Assembly: GCA_951406725.2 (NCBI GenBank)
Contig: OX597824.1
Span: 87,048,001-87,112,000 of the forward strand
Direction: 5' to 3'
Length of the DNA stretch: 64,000 nt
Source of the DNA: Octopus vulgaris
Lineage: Eukaryota
Below the pieces are notes generated by a model. The model saw nothing but the letters and a program-made list of their open reading frames with translations. It had not been told where the DNA came from and did not search any database. This document shows positions 1 to 11,770 of this stretch, in pieces. A program made the translations under genes and the position numbers. How positions within the stretch are numbered: the stretch's first letter is position 1; the number at the start of each line of letters is the position of its first letter.

Positions 1-280
1 AATAAAATAAAATGATAATATCCACGAAATGTGGTTGGCAGAGAGGACACAATTTCAACCAATGAGCAGCTAAGGTGAACAGATGTGTGTACAACAGGAA
101 GTCTTACAGCAGGGGAGAAAAATGTAACTCTATTGTCATTTCAGTGATTCAAAATTGACAAAAGGTCAAGGACAACTTGCAACAATTGTGCCTTGGGTAG
201 AGCATTGCCTTGACAAGTCTTCAATGAACAAAGGTTAGAAACAGCAGCACAAATAATACTCTTTACTCTCTCTCTCTCTT

Positions 281-691
281 TTATTCTTTTACTTGTTTCA
301 GTCATTTGACTGTGGCCATGCTGGAGCACAGCCTTTAGTCGAGCAAATCCACCCCAGGACTTATTCTTTGTAAGCCTAGTACTTATTCTATTGGTTTCTT
401 TTGCCAAACCGCTAAGATACAGAAATGTAAACACACCAGCATTGGTTGTCAAGCGATGTTTGGGGGACAAACACACACACAAACATATACACACACATAC
501 AAACATATATATATATGTATATATACAACGGGCTTCTTTCAGTTTCTGTCTAGCAAATCCACTCACAAGGCTTTGGTTGGCTCGAGGTTATAGTAGAAGA
601 CACTTGCCCAAGGTGCCATGCAGTGGGACTGAACCCAGAACCATGTGGTTGGTAAGCAAGCTACTTACCACACAGTAACTCCTACACCTAT
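281..691 (-). mobile_element. SINE family A, full-length (tRNA-like head, internal (CA/TA)n, AAGAGT-type tail)
   Basis: Reverse-complement match to >15 copies in the window. Head has A-box-like TGGCTGTGTGGT and B-box-like GGTTCAGTCCC followed by CCTTGGGCAAGT. Confidence 0.85.
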
Positions 692-944
692 GATATTTTA
701 GAAGTTTTCTTCAGAGAATGAAATTACAACCAATGGATAGATATGATGAACAGATGTGCAAGACAAGAAGTTAAGTCAAACATTGGTAGTACAGTCTTAA
801 ATATTATTGCCTGATCAACTTTGAACCTGTTATAAGTGACACAGTAGTTGTCACATTCTAACTTATTGGTAAGACAATTGAAATATTTTGTGTTTATGCG
901 TCTGATCAAAGGAAATTACAAACATCAAATCCAGAGCATATAAC

Positions 945-1225
945 ATCATCGTCATAGTTTAATGTCCACCTTCCATGCTGGCATGGGTTGGATGGTTTGA
1001 TAGGAGCTGTCCAGGCAGAGGCCTGCACCAGACTTCTGTCTGTTTTGGCAGGGTATTTATGGCTGGATGCCCTTTGTAGCATCAACCACCCAGCAGAGTG
1101 GACTGAGTGCTTTTAATGTGACACAAGCACAGGCAAAGTCAGTTTTGGCAAGGTTTTTACAGCTGGGTGCCCTTCCAAATGCCAACCACTTTACAGTGTG
1201 GATTGGATGCTTTTTACATGGCATC
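945..1225 (-). mobile_element. RTE LINE 3' UTR fragment (family C), degenerate
   Basis: CATCAT...TTTAATGTCC..TTCCATGCTGGCATGGGTTGGA and GGATGCCCTT motifs shared with 9138-9745. Confidence 0.65.
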
Positions 1226-1314
1226 CTCATTTATCATGGGTGTTTAGTTAAAAAAAAATACCGAAAACAACAAACTTATGCCCAACAGTAGCAAAGCTTC
1301 CAGCATCATAGATT

Positions 1315-1735
1315 TTATTTACATTTGACAGATATTTGTCCTCATCTTGTTTGTTGCTAACACTTTCGGCTGATATACCCTCCAGCCTTCATTGAGTATC
1401 CTGGGGGAATTTCAAACCTGGGTTCTCATTCCTAAGGTATTTTTCCGATATTATTATTATTATTATTATTATTATTACTCGGGTCACTGCCTGGAATCAA
1501 ACTGGGCCCAAGATTCCGAGATCGGTTCCAGGCAGTGGCCTGAATAATAATAATAATAATAATAATGATGATGATGATAATAACAATAACAACAACATCA
1601 GAAAAATACCTTAGGAATGAGAACTCAAGTTCGAAATTACCCCAGGACACCTGATGAAGGCTGGAGAGTACATCAGCTGAAATGTTGTGTTAACAACAAA
1701 CAAGATGAGGACAAATATCCATCAAATATAAATAA
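1315..1735. mobile_element. Fold-back (palindromic) element carrying a Penelope-type hammerhead motif
   Basis: 1315-1498 is the reverse complement of 1524-1735, with (TAT)n/(ATA)n inside the arms. A related copy lies at 61355-61550. Confidence 0.75.
1646..1691 (+). ncRNA. Minimal type-I hammerhead ribozyme motif (probably decayed)
   Basis: GACAC-CTGATGA-A-GGCTGG(agagtaca)TCAGCT-GAAA-T-GTT-GTGTT: conserved core, stem II, stem I GACAC/GTGTT and a GUH triplet. Confidence 0.6.
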
Positions 1736-2098
1736 TGCTGTTGACCAGGCCCTTATTGATCAATATGAGTATGTAAACCTATATAAAAAAAAATGTGGAT
1801 TCGCAGTATGGTTGTATAAACATGTGTGGTACTACCACTGTTTGCCAACCAGTGTTGGTTTGCTTACATCCCTGTAACTTAGCAGCTTGGCAAGAGACTG
1901 ACAAAATAGGAACGAACCAGGCTTTTTTAAAATAAGCACTGGTGCCAATTTGTTCAATTAATCCTTTCAGGATGGTGCCCCAGCATGGCAGTAGCCCAAC
2001 AACCGAAACACGTAAAAACTAGAAAAAATAAAAATAATAATAATAAAAGATAAACCATGGAATAAACCAAGAACTTCCACAAAAGCCACCCCACGCTG

Positions 2099-2129
<31 letters not shown>

Positions 2130-2530
2130 CTAATGTCTGTTTAATTTCAGGGAAGAGAAAGAATGTAGCAGTCGTACACTGTGAAATTATAACTTGAGCA
2201 CAAGCGGCTGAAATGCAGTCCATTTTTAGTGATGTACCTGCCCTGCTGCTGGGAGAATGGTAACTGGAATGGTGAGGGGTAAACCGGGCAAGGAAAAAAG
2301 CAGTAAGGAAGTAAAGAATGAAAAAAAAAAAAAAAAAAAGAAAAAAGAATAAAATATGTAAACGAGTCAATTTGTTTGGTGATAAAAGATTAGAAATATT
2401 TTATAAATAGAAAATGTAAAAAATTTTTTTAAAAGAAAGAATGAAAGAAAGAAAGAAAGAAAGACTAAGTTATTTAAAAGTAAAAAAAAAAGACCTAGTA
2501 TTTTGCATCATAAGTATTTCTAATTTAAGC

Positions 2531-2720
2531 CATCATCATCATCATCACCATCATCACTATCATCACCATCACTATCATTGTCATCATCATCATCATCACC
2601 ACCACCACCACCATCATCATGACCACAATCATCAATATCACCACCATAACCATCAACTTCATTATCATCACCATCATCACCACCGCCACCACATTGTATC
2701 GTAATAATCGCCACCACCAC
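2531..2720 (+). repeat. (CAT/CAC)n compound trinucleotide microsatellite
   Basis: Directly visible; source of the spurious poly-His and poly-Asp ORFs. Confidence 0.9.
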
Positions 2721-2906
2721 TGCCTTCACCCCTTCCATCCCATGGCCACCCTCATTGTTTACTTATCACCCATCATATATTTCGGAACCAATCACCAAAT
2801 TTGGTAGGAGGTAAGTCAGGACTGCTGTGTCAGAATCCAATCCATCACAGACAAAAAAATGTATCAAACATAACGAACAGTCATTACCAATAAACAAACA
2901 AACAAA

Positions 2907-2907
<1 letters not shown>

Positions 2908-2960
<53 letters not shown>
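2908..2960 (+). repeat. (TAA)n microsatellite
   Basis: Directly visible. Confidence 0.95.
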
Positions 2961-2962
<2 letters not shown>

Positions 2963-3512
2963 TAAACAGCAAGGCAAAGTCGAAGTGCATAAAAGATTAC
3001 TAAAAAAAACAAAATAAATAATTGTAAAAATTTAAAAAAGTAAAATAAAATGTTAGGATAATTTTCCAAGTTCTCAGCCGTACAAAAATGGTTTCAGTCT
3101 GACATTCCACTCTCAGCAATGCCACACCGTTTCTGAAGTGTTTTCTAGAAGAATATTTTAGTGAGCAGACCCACAACCTCAGGAATGCTTGTATCTTACA
3201 TGTTCATACAAGCTGAAAGTGTGTGGTGCATGAATACACACACATGTATATATACACACGTACAGATATACATGTTATATATCGTACAGCCCAGATACTT
3301 TTAGTATTTGGACATAAATCAAAATAATGTCCAAATAAGTTTCTCAAATAGGAACTCATCTAAAGGACATTATCAAAATATTTTATTATATACACACACA
3401 TATATGTATATTTATTTATATGTGTGTGTGTGTATGTGTGTGTATGCTTGTAGTAGTAGTAATAGTAGATTTCTAAAATATTTAACTTGAACTCATACAC
3501 GAGAAGATATAA

Positions 3513-3545
<33 letters not shown>

Positions 3546-3581
3546 TATATATATACATATATACACACACACATATATATA

Positions 3582-3708
3582 ATGGTTCCGGGTTCAGTCC
3601 CACTGTGTGGCATCTTGGGCAAGTGTCTTCTGCTATAGCCCCGGGCCGACCAATGCCTTGTGAGTGGATTTGGTAGACAGAAACTGAAAGAAGCCTGTCA
3701 TATATGTG

Positions 3709-3762
<54 letters not shown>

Positions 3763-3980
3763 GTATGTGTGTGTGTGTTTGTGTGTCTGTGTTTGTCTCC
3801 CTAGCATTGCTCGACAACCGATGCTGGTGTGTTTACGTCCCCGTCACTTAGCGGTTCAGCAAAAAGAGACCGATAGAATAAGTACTGGGCTTACAAAGAA
3901 TAAGTCCCGGGGTTGATTTGCTCGACTAAAGGCGGTGCTCCAGCATGGCCGCAGTCAAATGACTGAAACAAGTAAAAGAG
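3582..3980 (+). mobile_element. SINE family A, 5'-truncated
   Basis: GGTTCCGGGTTCAGTCCC...GACTGAAACAAGTAAAAGAG, as in the other A copies. Confidence 0.85.
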
Positions 3981-5796
3981 TATATATACATACATATAGA
4001 TACATACATATAGATATATACAGACATATATATACATACATATATATATAATTGATTTACCCCTCACCACCCACCTGCCCGAGAAAATTGCCGGCCTTGT
4101 GCCAAAATTTGAAACTAATATATTACTATAGCCACGGGCCAACCAAATCCTTGTGAATGGATTTAGGAGATGGTAACTGAAAGAAGCCTGTCATACGCAT
4201 GTGTGTGTGTGTGTCTTTGTCCCCCCGCCACCATTTGATAATCAGTCTTAATGTGTCCATATCCCCTTAACTTAGCAGTTTGGCAAAAGAGACTAATAGA
4301 ATATGTAGCAGGCTTCAAAAAAAAAAGTACTGGAGTTGATTTGTTTGACTAAAAATCTTCAAGGTGGTGCCCCAGCATGGCCACAGACTCATAAATGAAT
4401 TAAGCAAAAGGTAAAAGATAGAAAATAGTATTATATTGCTTTTTTTTTAATTTTTGGGAGAGTTAGATGTGATTTGAGGAAAATTTTGTTGCTATTTCTA
4501 GCAAGCTGAGTGACAGCTCATCTGTTCTAGAAGCTCTGTCATAGAAAGCTGGTATGAAATTAGATGGATGTTCTGTGTTAAGTTTTGCATGCTCCACATC
4601 TTCTAGTTTCGAGAACTCACCCAACAGATGAATGTGTGAGAGAGAGAGAGAGTGGGGGAGAGAGTGAGTGAGAGAGAGAGGGAGAGAGTGAGTGAGAGTG
4701 CGTGTGTGTGTGACATATATATATAGATTAGCTGCATGGAAATATCATACTGCCTCTTGACAGTTTATAAGAAGGAGGCAAAAAAAAAAAAGAGAAAAAA
4801 AGAAAAAAAAAATCAGTCTAGGTTCAGAAAAATAAGGAAGGAAGTGCAAAAGAAATTATGGTTAGAAAGAGAAAGAAAGAAAAAAGAAAAAAAAAAACCA
4901 CAAAAAGACAAAACAAAAAAATGTTCAACTGAAAATTTGGATTAAAGAATTTTAGTTTTGGAATAGGATGGGAGAACATTCTCGATAAAGGAGCTAGTTT
5001 TACTATGATTGTCATCACTAATGGTACCGCGAAGTAGTAGTGGCATCGTTAGTACTGGTAGTAACTGTAGATATTGTACGGATAACGCAGTTTTTAAACC
5101 AGGATCATGGTGCCTTTTCAGCTCACATCTGTAACACCATGGTTACACACTTAGGCATAAAGGTTATAGACATGACCTTATGGCAATTACCCAAAGAGAT
5201 TTTTATTTCTTTTCTTTTCTATTTTTTTTTTTTCCAGTTTCTCTGCTCATGATGTCAGAAAAAAAAAAGCCGAAAACGTTAAATGTTAAGGGTGAAGAAT
5301 GTAAAATAGTTATTTATATAGTTAGTATATTGTTGAAGGCAGTTAATTGGCAGAGCTGTTAGAAAAGCATTTGATAGAATGTCTTGCTGTATTTGTTTTG
5401 GCGCTCTGCATTATGAGTTCAAATCTTGTCAAGGTCCACTTTGCTTTTCAGGGTTTGATAAAGTACCAGTTCAGCCTTGCCTAGCCAGCCCAGTCCAGTC
5501 CAAAGCAGTAGATTTGACAGAATTGAAAAAGCATTGGACAGGATGCTTTACTGTGCCCATAGCCAGAGGCATGGGTATGTGGTTAAGTCTGTTTCCCAAC
5601 CATATGACACTGGACAAGTGTATTTGGTGAACAGAAACTGAAAGTAGCCCATTATACATACATACATACATACATAGCAAAGTATAGCTGTACTTGGGTT
5701 CATGAGGAGAGAACTCAAATCCTGAATTCATACACTACAAACAATTGTGATATCTGGGACTATAAAAATTTGCAAGATAGTCTTAGGATTTAGTGA

Positions 5797-6135
5797 AGAC
5801 ACATGGCTCAGTGATTAGAGCGTCGAGCTTACGATTGATCGTGAGGTTATGAGCTTGAATCCCGGACAGGGCTGCATGTTGTGTTCTTGAGCAAGACATT
5901 TTATTTCACGTTGCTCCAGTTCACTCATCTGTAGAAATGAGTTGAGACGTCACAGGTGCCAAGTTGTATTGGCCTTTAACCTTTCCCTTGGATAACACTG
6001 GTGGCGTGGAGAAGGGAGGCCGGTATGCATGGGCGACTGCTGGTCTTCCAGAAACAACCTTGCCTGGACTTGTAGCTGGGAGGGTAACTTTCTAGGTGCA
6101 ATCCCATGGTCAGTGGTGTAACCGAAGGGGGGCTC
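5797..6135 (+). mobile_element. SINE family D (tRNA-like head, GTGTTCTTGAGCAAGAC core)
   Basis: A-box TGGCTCAGTG and B-box-like GCTTGAATCCC; related copies at 21134, 54535 and 62570, and on the minus strand at 61575-62250. Confidence 0.7.
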
Positions 6136-6840
6136 AGTCTTAGGATTTGAAGGATGATGAACAAAATACACTTTCCTTTTATATAACCTTACTACCAAGT
6201 AGGTGGCTGGTCAAAATTTATTGGCAGAAACTTGGTTACACTCTGATTGTATTGTATGAAAACCTTTAATTCTGTTTCTTTTCCATGGATGCTTGGCCTT
6301 TTAACTTTCTAGGACCATGACCAGAGTTATAGACAACCAGGCTTCCCCCTAGGCCACCATCCTGAAGTTAAATGCAAAAAGTGATTGTCTTGTCATTGAC
6401 AGGACACAGTACTATAGGGGCACACTGCAAGTAGGCAACCGCCATATGTTGCTGTTTACAGTTACAATAACACCCATTGTCCTTTTGGATGAGGAAATCT
6501 GAAGGTCATGTACATAAATGGTTCACAAAGAGGGTATGAAATGCTAATCTAACATAGAACTTCTCTGTGAATGACCTGAAAATATATGCCAAGAATATGA
6601 ATGGCAGGAAGAAACACTCTGACATTCTCAAAGAAAACAAAAGACGGAGTTTGGCCTTGATAAATGGTCTTACATGATGGCAAAGTTAGGGAAAGTAAAA
6701 GCCAGTCAAGCCACATTTTTTATCAATGGCCTGACTATTTCTCAGTCATCTGATGAGGAATGCCACACGCTCTTTGGGATCGATGAAAATATATTCCATG
6801 ATGGAACTTTTAAAAAGAAAATTTTATCTAGGGAATATAT

Positions 6841-7077
6841 TCCTATTTCTTTATTACCCACAAGGGGCTAAACATAAGGGGGACAAACAAGGACAGACAT
6901 AGGTATTAAGTCGATTACATCGACCCCAGTGTGTAACTGGTACTTATTTAATCGTCTCCGAAAGGATGAAAGGCAAAGTTGACCTCGGCGGAATTTGAAC
7001 TCAGAACGTAGCAGCAGACGAAATACTGCTAAGCATTTTGCCCGGTGTCTTAACGATTCTGCCAGCTCGCCGCCTTG
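6841..7077 (-). mobile_element. SINE family B, full-length, with 12-bp TSD
   Basis: Reverse complement of AAGGCGGCGAGCTGGCAGAATCGTT...CCCCTTGTGGGTAATAAAGAAATAG. TSD TAGGGAATATAT at 6829-6840 and 7078-7089. Confidence 0.9.
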
Positions 7078-7673
7078 TAGGGAATATATGCCATTCAGAT
7101 AACACATATGAGGGAAAGCTGAACAGTTCCTGATATTAAGGGTGTCATGAAAGGTATGGTTGGAGGCCCAACCTTCCGAGTTCTTCAACAGGGCTTAGAA
7201 AAACTGAAGGGCCGCTGCAATAAGTGGTGAATCTGAGAGGAGAATATGTTGGATAAAATCATAATTAATTGATCCTTCCATATTTTCTTTTACCCGAATC
7301 CAGGAACTTTTCGGTACTCCTCATATAGACCCCAGAATACCCTGCATGTAATAATTCGGTGGCTTGCCATGTGTTTTTTGTACCAGAACCCATACTAATA
7401 TTTGAGTTACTCTAATGTAGCAAGCTGGCAGAATTGTTAGTGACATTTCGTCTATCTTTGCGTTCTGAGTTCAACCTCCATCGTGGTCAACTTTGCCTTT
7501 CACCCTTTCAGGTTTGTTAATGTTGGTGTCAATGCAATTGACTTAACCACCTCCCCTGAAATTACTGGTCTTGTATTGAGATTTGAAACAGATATTTGGG
7601 CTACTCTAGATGAACACAGGGCCTTGATGTTAAAACCTGAAAACTATTAACCAACACCAGAAATTTCCATATC

Positions 7674-7900
7674 AACCCTTTCGTTACCGTAATTATTTTG
7701 AGATGCTCTGTTTTTTTAAAATTAATTTTAAATATAACAAAGAATTTATTGAAATAACTTAGTTATCATTAAGGTAGTGTTATGAACATAAATTGTGACT
7801 AAGATTTGGTGGAAGATTCTAATTCAAAATTTATGAAAACAAGACATTTGTACTACAGAGCCAGAGCCGGTTTCAGCCGGGTTGGTATCGAAAGGGTTAA
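7674..7900. mobile_element. piggyBac-type MITE, family P1
   Basis: Ends AACCCTTTCGTTAC...ATCGAAAGGGTTAA; near-identical to 40044-40272. Confidence 0.8.
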
Positions 7901-8378
7901 TATCATAAGGCTATTGTTATCTAAAATGAAAACAAAGAGAGAGAGAAGTTTAATTTTGGTTCAAACAATCACTGAACATCACATCAAATCCCTTCAACAC
8001 TATTTGTACGAACCCAAAGTACAGCCATAGATAAAGTATATGTGAGTGAGATAGATAACAGGAAAGGAGCTTTTCAGGAAGTGTTTGCTGATTGGTGAAG
8101 GGCACATGGCTGATGGTTAGGCTGTTTCACTCACAATCCAGTCCCCTTTTGATCAAGGGGGAGTGTTGTTGGCCTGCTACCCTAGCCAGCAGGGTGGCGT
8201 CATTTGGTGGCTAAAACAATGCAAAGCGCATTGTGACCAGTGATATGTAACAGCATCTGATAGTCTGGTCAGTCATGTGATCATGTGATTTGCTGATTGA
8301 TAACGAAGGATACGGATCCAAGGAGGATGTGCAATTCTATGACAGCAGATGAAAAGCTCAATGCTTATCAACAGGTCG

Positions 8379-8860
8379 TAGGCGTAGGAGTGGCTGTGTG
8401 GTAAGTAGCTTGCTTATCAACCACATGGTTCTTGGTTCAGTCCCACTGCGTAGTACCTTGATAAATTAAGTACCAGTTATGCACTGGGGTCGATGTAATC
8501 GACTTAATCCATTTGTCTGTCCTTGTTTGCCCCCTCTGTGTTTAGCCCCTTGTGGGTAGTAAAGAAATAACTATAGCCTTGGGCCGACCAAAGCCTTGTG
8601 AATGGATTTGGTAGATGGAAACTGAAAGAAGCCTGTTGTATATATGTATGTGTGTGTATATGTTTGTCCTCTCAACATCGCTTGACAACTGATGCTGGTG
8701 TGTTTTCGTCCCCGTAACTTAGCGGTTCGGCATAAGAGACCGATAGAATAAGTACTAGGCTTACAAAGAATAAGTCCTGGGGTCGATTTGCTCGACTAAA
8801 AAGCGGTGCTCCAGCATGGCCACAGTCAAATGACTGAAACAGTTAAAAGAATAAAGGAGT
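8379..8860 (+). mobile_element. SINE family A containing a SINE-B 3' half (about 8460-8569)
   Basis: A head, then ATAAATTAAGTACCAG...AAAGAAATA from family B, then A resumes at ACTATAGCC. Confidence 0.8.
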
Positions 8861-9137
8861 AAGGTCATAAATGGCTCTGTTATCAGAAACTTCAATCACA
8901 GCAACAAAGATATCAAGAAGTAATATGTATTGGACCAGCAGCCAATATATAAATTCGCATTTCGATGAGTGTGGTTTTGCCATCCAGGAATGGTAAATAA
9001 CAGCAAAATACGTGATGTGTAAACAAGATAAGGATACAAGGAAAGCATCTAAAACACAGATGGTATGGAATAAACATTTAAAATGTGTCTACTTCATAAG
9101 CAGCTGTTAGGAAATATCAGTGTATCTGAGTACGAGG

Positions 9138-9745
9138 CATCATCATTTAACATCCGTTTTCCATGCTAGCATGGGTTGGACGGTACGACCGGGGTCTGGG
9201 AAGCCAGGAGGCTGCACCAGGCTCCAGTCTGATCTGGTAGTGTTTCTACAGCTTGATGCCCTTCCTAATGCCAGCCACTCCGTTAGTGTAGTGGGTGCTT
9301 TTTACGTGCCAAGCAAGGCTGGCAACGGCCCACAATCGGTTGGTGCTTTCTACGTGCCACCGGCACGGAAGCCAGTCAAGGCGGCGCTGGCAACATTCGG
9401 ATGATTCTTTTACGTGCAACCAGCACTGGTATCACAACTACAATTTCCATTGATTTTTTGATCAATTTCGATTTCGATTTCACTTGCCTGAACAGGTCTT
9501 CACAAGCAGAGTGTTGTGTCCCAAGAAGGAAAGGTATGCATAAGTGGACTGGCTACATCCCAGGTAAAGGCCACGGGTTATGGTCTCACTTGTCCTGCCG
9601 GGTTTTCTCATGCACAGCATATTTCCAAAGGTCTCGGTCACTAGTCATTGCCTCGGTGAGACCTAATGTTCGAAGGGCATGCTTCACCACCTCGTCCCAG
9701 GTTTTCCTGGGTCTACCTCTTCCACAGGATCCCTCAACAGCTAGG
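9138..9745 (-). mobile_element. RTE-clade LINE 3' end: ORF2 C-terminus plus 3' UTR and (GAT)n tail
   Basis: VEGSCGRGRPRKTWDEVVKHALRTLGLTEAMTSDRDLWKYAV is the typical RTE C-terminal GRPRK.W...DR..W motif, and it runs straight into the family-C sequence. Confidence 0.85.
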
Positions 9746-9910
9746 GCCAAAACATTATACAAGGCAACTTGAGAAACAATAGTTCTGAAGACAAAAATAT
9801 AATATGAAGTTAAAGGTATGTCTGTGTGGTTGAGAAGCTTGCTTCTCATTCGTATGTTCTTGAGTTCAATCCCACTGTGTGGCACCTTGGACAACTGTCC
9901 TCTGCTATAG

Positions 9911-10142
9911 GTATTTTTTTTTACTATCCACAAGGGGCTAAATACAGAGGGGAAAAACAAGGACAGACAAACAGATTAAGTCAATTACATCGACCCCAGT
10001 GCGTAACTGGTACTTTATCAACCCCGAAAGGATGAAAGGTAAAGTCGACCTAGGCAGAATTTGAACTCAGAACATAAAGACAGGTGAAATACCGCTAAGC
10101 ATTTTGCCCAGCATGCTAATGATTCTGCCAGCTCGCCGCCTT
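9911..10142 (-). mobile_element. SINE family B
   Basis: Matches 6841-7077. Confidence 0.85.
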
Positions 10143-11040
10143 GCATGTTTATATATTTTACTGTATGTTGGTAAATAATGAAAAATCACCAGTGAAAAAG
10201 AAAAAAAAAATATGTTCATTTAACAGAAGTTCATTAAGTTATGGCTACAACCTTGTTATTCTCCCCAGTAAAAAGGTAGCGAACCGGCAATCAGCTCTTT
10301 GGAAGCTTGTAACCAACAGTGTCAGTGTTAAAAAATAGCTATTAAAATATGTCTGACCATAGGGTTGCACCTAGAAATGCCAGACGAAATACGGCTACGC
10401 ATTTCGCCTGGCATGCTAACGATTCTGCCAGCTCTGCTATAATCCCAGGCCAACCAGTATGGTAGAAAATTTGGAAACCAAATTCACTCACAAGGACTTA
10501 GTTGTCTCAGGGATTTAGTAGACAACAATTACCCAATGTACTGCACGGTGGAATTGGACCCAAAACTAGGTGGTTGTGAAGTAAACTTCTTTATCCACGC
10601 ACCCATACATGTGCCAGTCTAATTATTAATAATCAACTAATTAAGCATTATTCCTGATTCACTTAATTGTTTCTATGATTCTATCCACCCTAAATACCCT
10701 ATATTTCATTAATTTATGCATTAATAATTATTAACAAAAATTTCCCAATTTAAATATTTAATGGTGTAATTGTTCACGTGTTCGTTAACTTATGATAATT
10801 AACTCTGATTTAATTCTATCACAATAATTCATTCATTAACTTAAAATAAATATACAAAGGTACTTCCTGATTTGTGGTTCAATATTAATTAATTACTGGA
10901 TAATAAATGATAATAATTATTATCTACTTAAGAACTATTCATTCATTTATTTTTCCATCCTTTCACATTTATATTCCCATCTACTTCCATCACACTCACA
11001 CATCAACTCTTAAATTCTATTGCTAGAACACACACACACA

Positions 11041-11095
<55 letters not shown>

Positions 11096-11351
11096 TGTTA
11101 AATTTACTAACTGCCTTCCTCCATGACCTTGGGAGGGCATACATTCAGTTCTCTTCTCTTTCTTTCCACATAGGAACCAATGTTCCTTCATCCACCAATA
11201 ACATATTTTGTTCCTCTGTTATGACTGAGCCCTCCCTGCCAAAGCCTAAACCTGGAATTTTTTTTTTTCATAGCAAGAATGAAAGCATTTTGCGATCATC
11301 CTTTTTATATTTGTTTTTTACAAGTTGCAGTTTCAATACAAATAAAGACAA

Positions 11352-11511
11352 TAGGCGTAGGAGTGGCTGTGTGGTAAGTAGCTTGCTTATGAACCACATG
11401 GTTCCGGGTTCATTCCCACTGCATGGCACCTTGGGCAAGTGTCTTCTACTATAGCTTCAGGCTGACCAAAGCCTTGTGAGTGGATTTGGTAGACAGAAAC
11501 TGAAAGAAGCC

Positions 11512-11577
<66 letters not shown>

Positions 11578-11770
11578 ATATGTTTGTGTGTCTGCGTTTG
11601 TCCCCCTAACATCGCTTGACAACCGATGCTGGCGTGTTTTCGTCCCCGTAACTTAGCGGTTCGGTAAAAGAAACCAATAGAAGTACTAGGCTGGGGTCGA
11701 TTTGCTCGACAAAAGGTGGTGCCCCAGCATGGCCACAGTCAAATGACTGAAACAAGTAAAAGAATAAAGA
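11352..11770 (+). mobile_element. SINE family A, full-length
   Basis: TAGGCGTAGGAGTGGCTGTGTGGTAAG head through GAAACAAGTAAAAGA tail. Confidence 0.9.

Larger units (their letters stand above)
6540..9060 (+). pseudogene. Fragmented, decayed R4/Dong-like non-LTR retrotransposon RT region with nested insertions
   Basis: Broken-frame motifs: NDLKIYAKN, EFGLDKW (cf. FGLDKC), INGLTIS..FGIDENI..SREY, LDVKT*KLLTNTRNFH, FAIQE. Interrupted by SINE-B, a piggyBac MITE and SINE-A. Confidence 0.6.

Noticed and set aside
141-678. Recurrent ORFs such as RRHLPKVPCSGTEPRTMWLVSKLLTTQ and GFGRRKLKEARC
   Set aside because: Chance read-through of SINE-A; they recur wherever the SINE does.
2441-2807. Poly-His, poly-Asp/Gly and Ile/Thr-rich ORFs
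   Set aside because: Translations of a (CAT/CAC)n microsatellite in several frames; no splice or domain support.
5797-5870. tRNA-like sequences at SINE heads
   Set aside because: A/B boxes are present but there is no full cloverleaf, and each continues into a SINE body; not tRNA genes.
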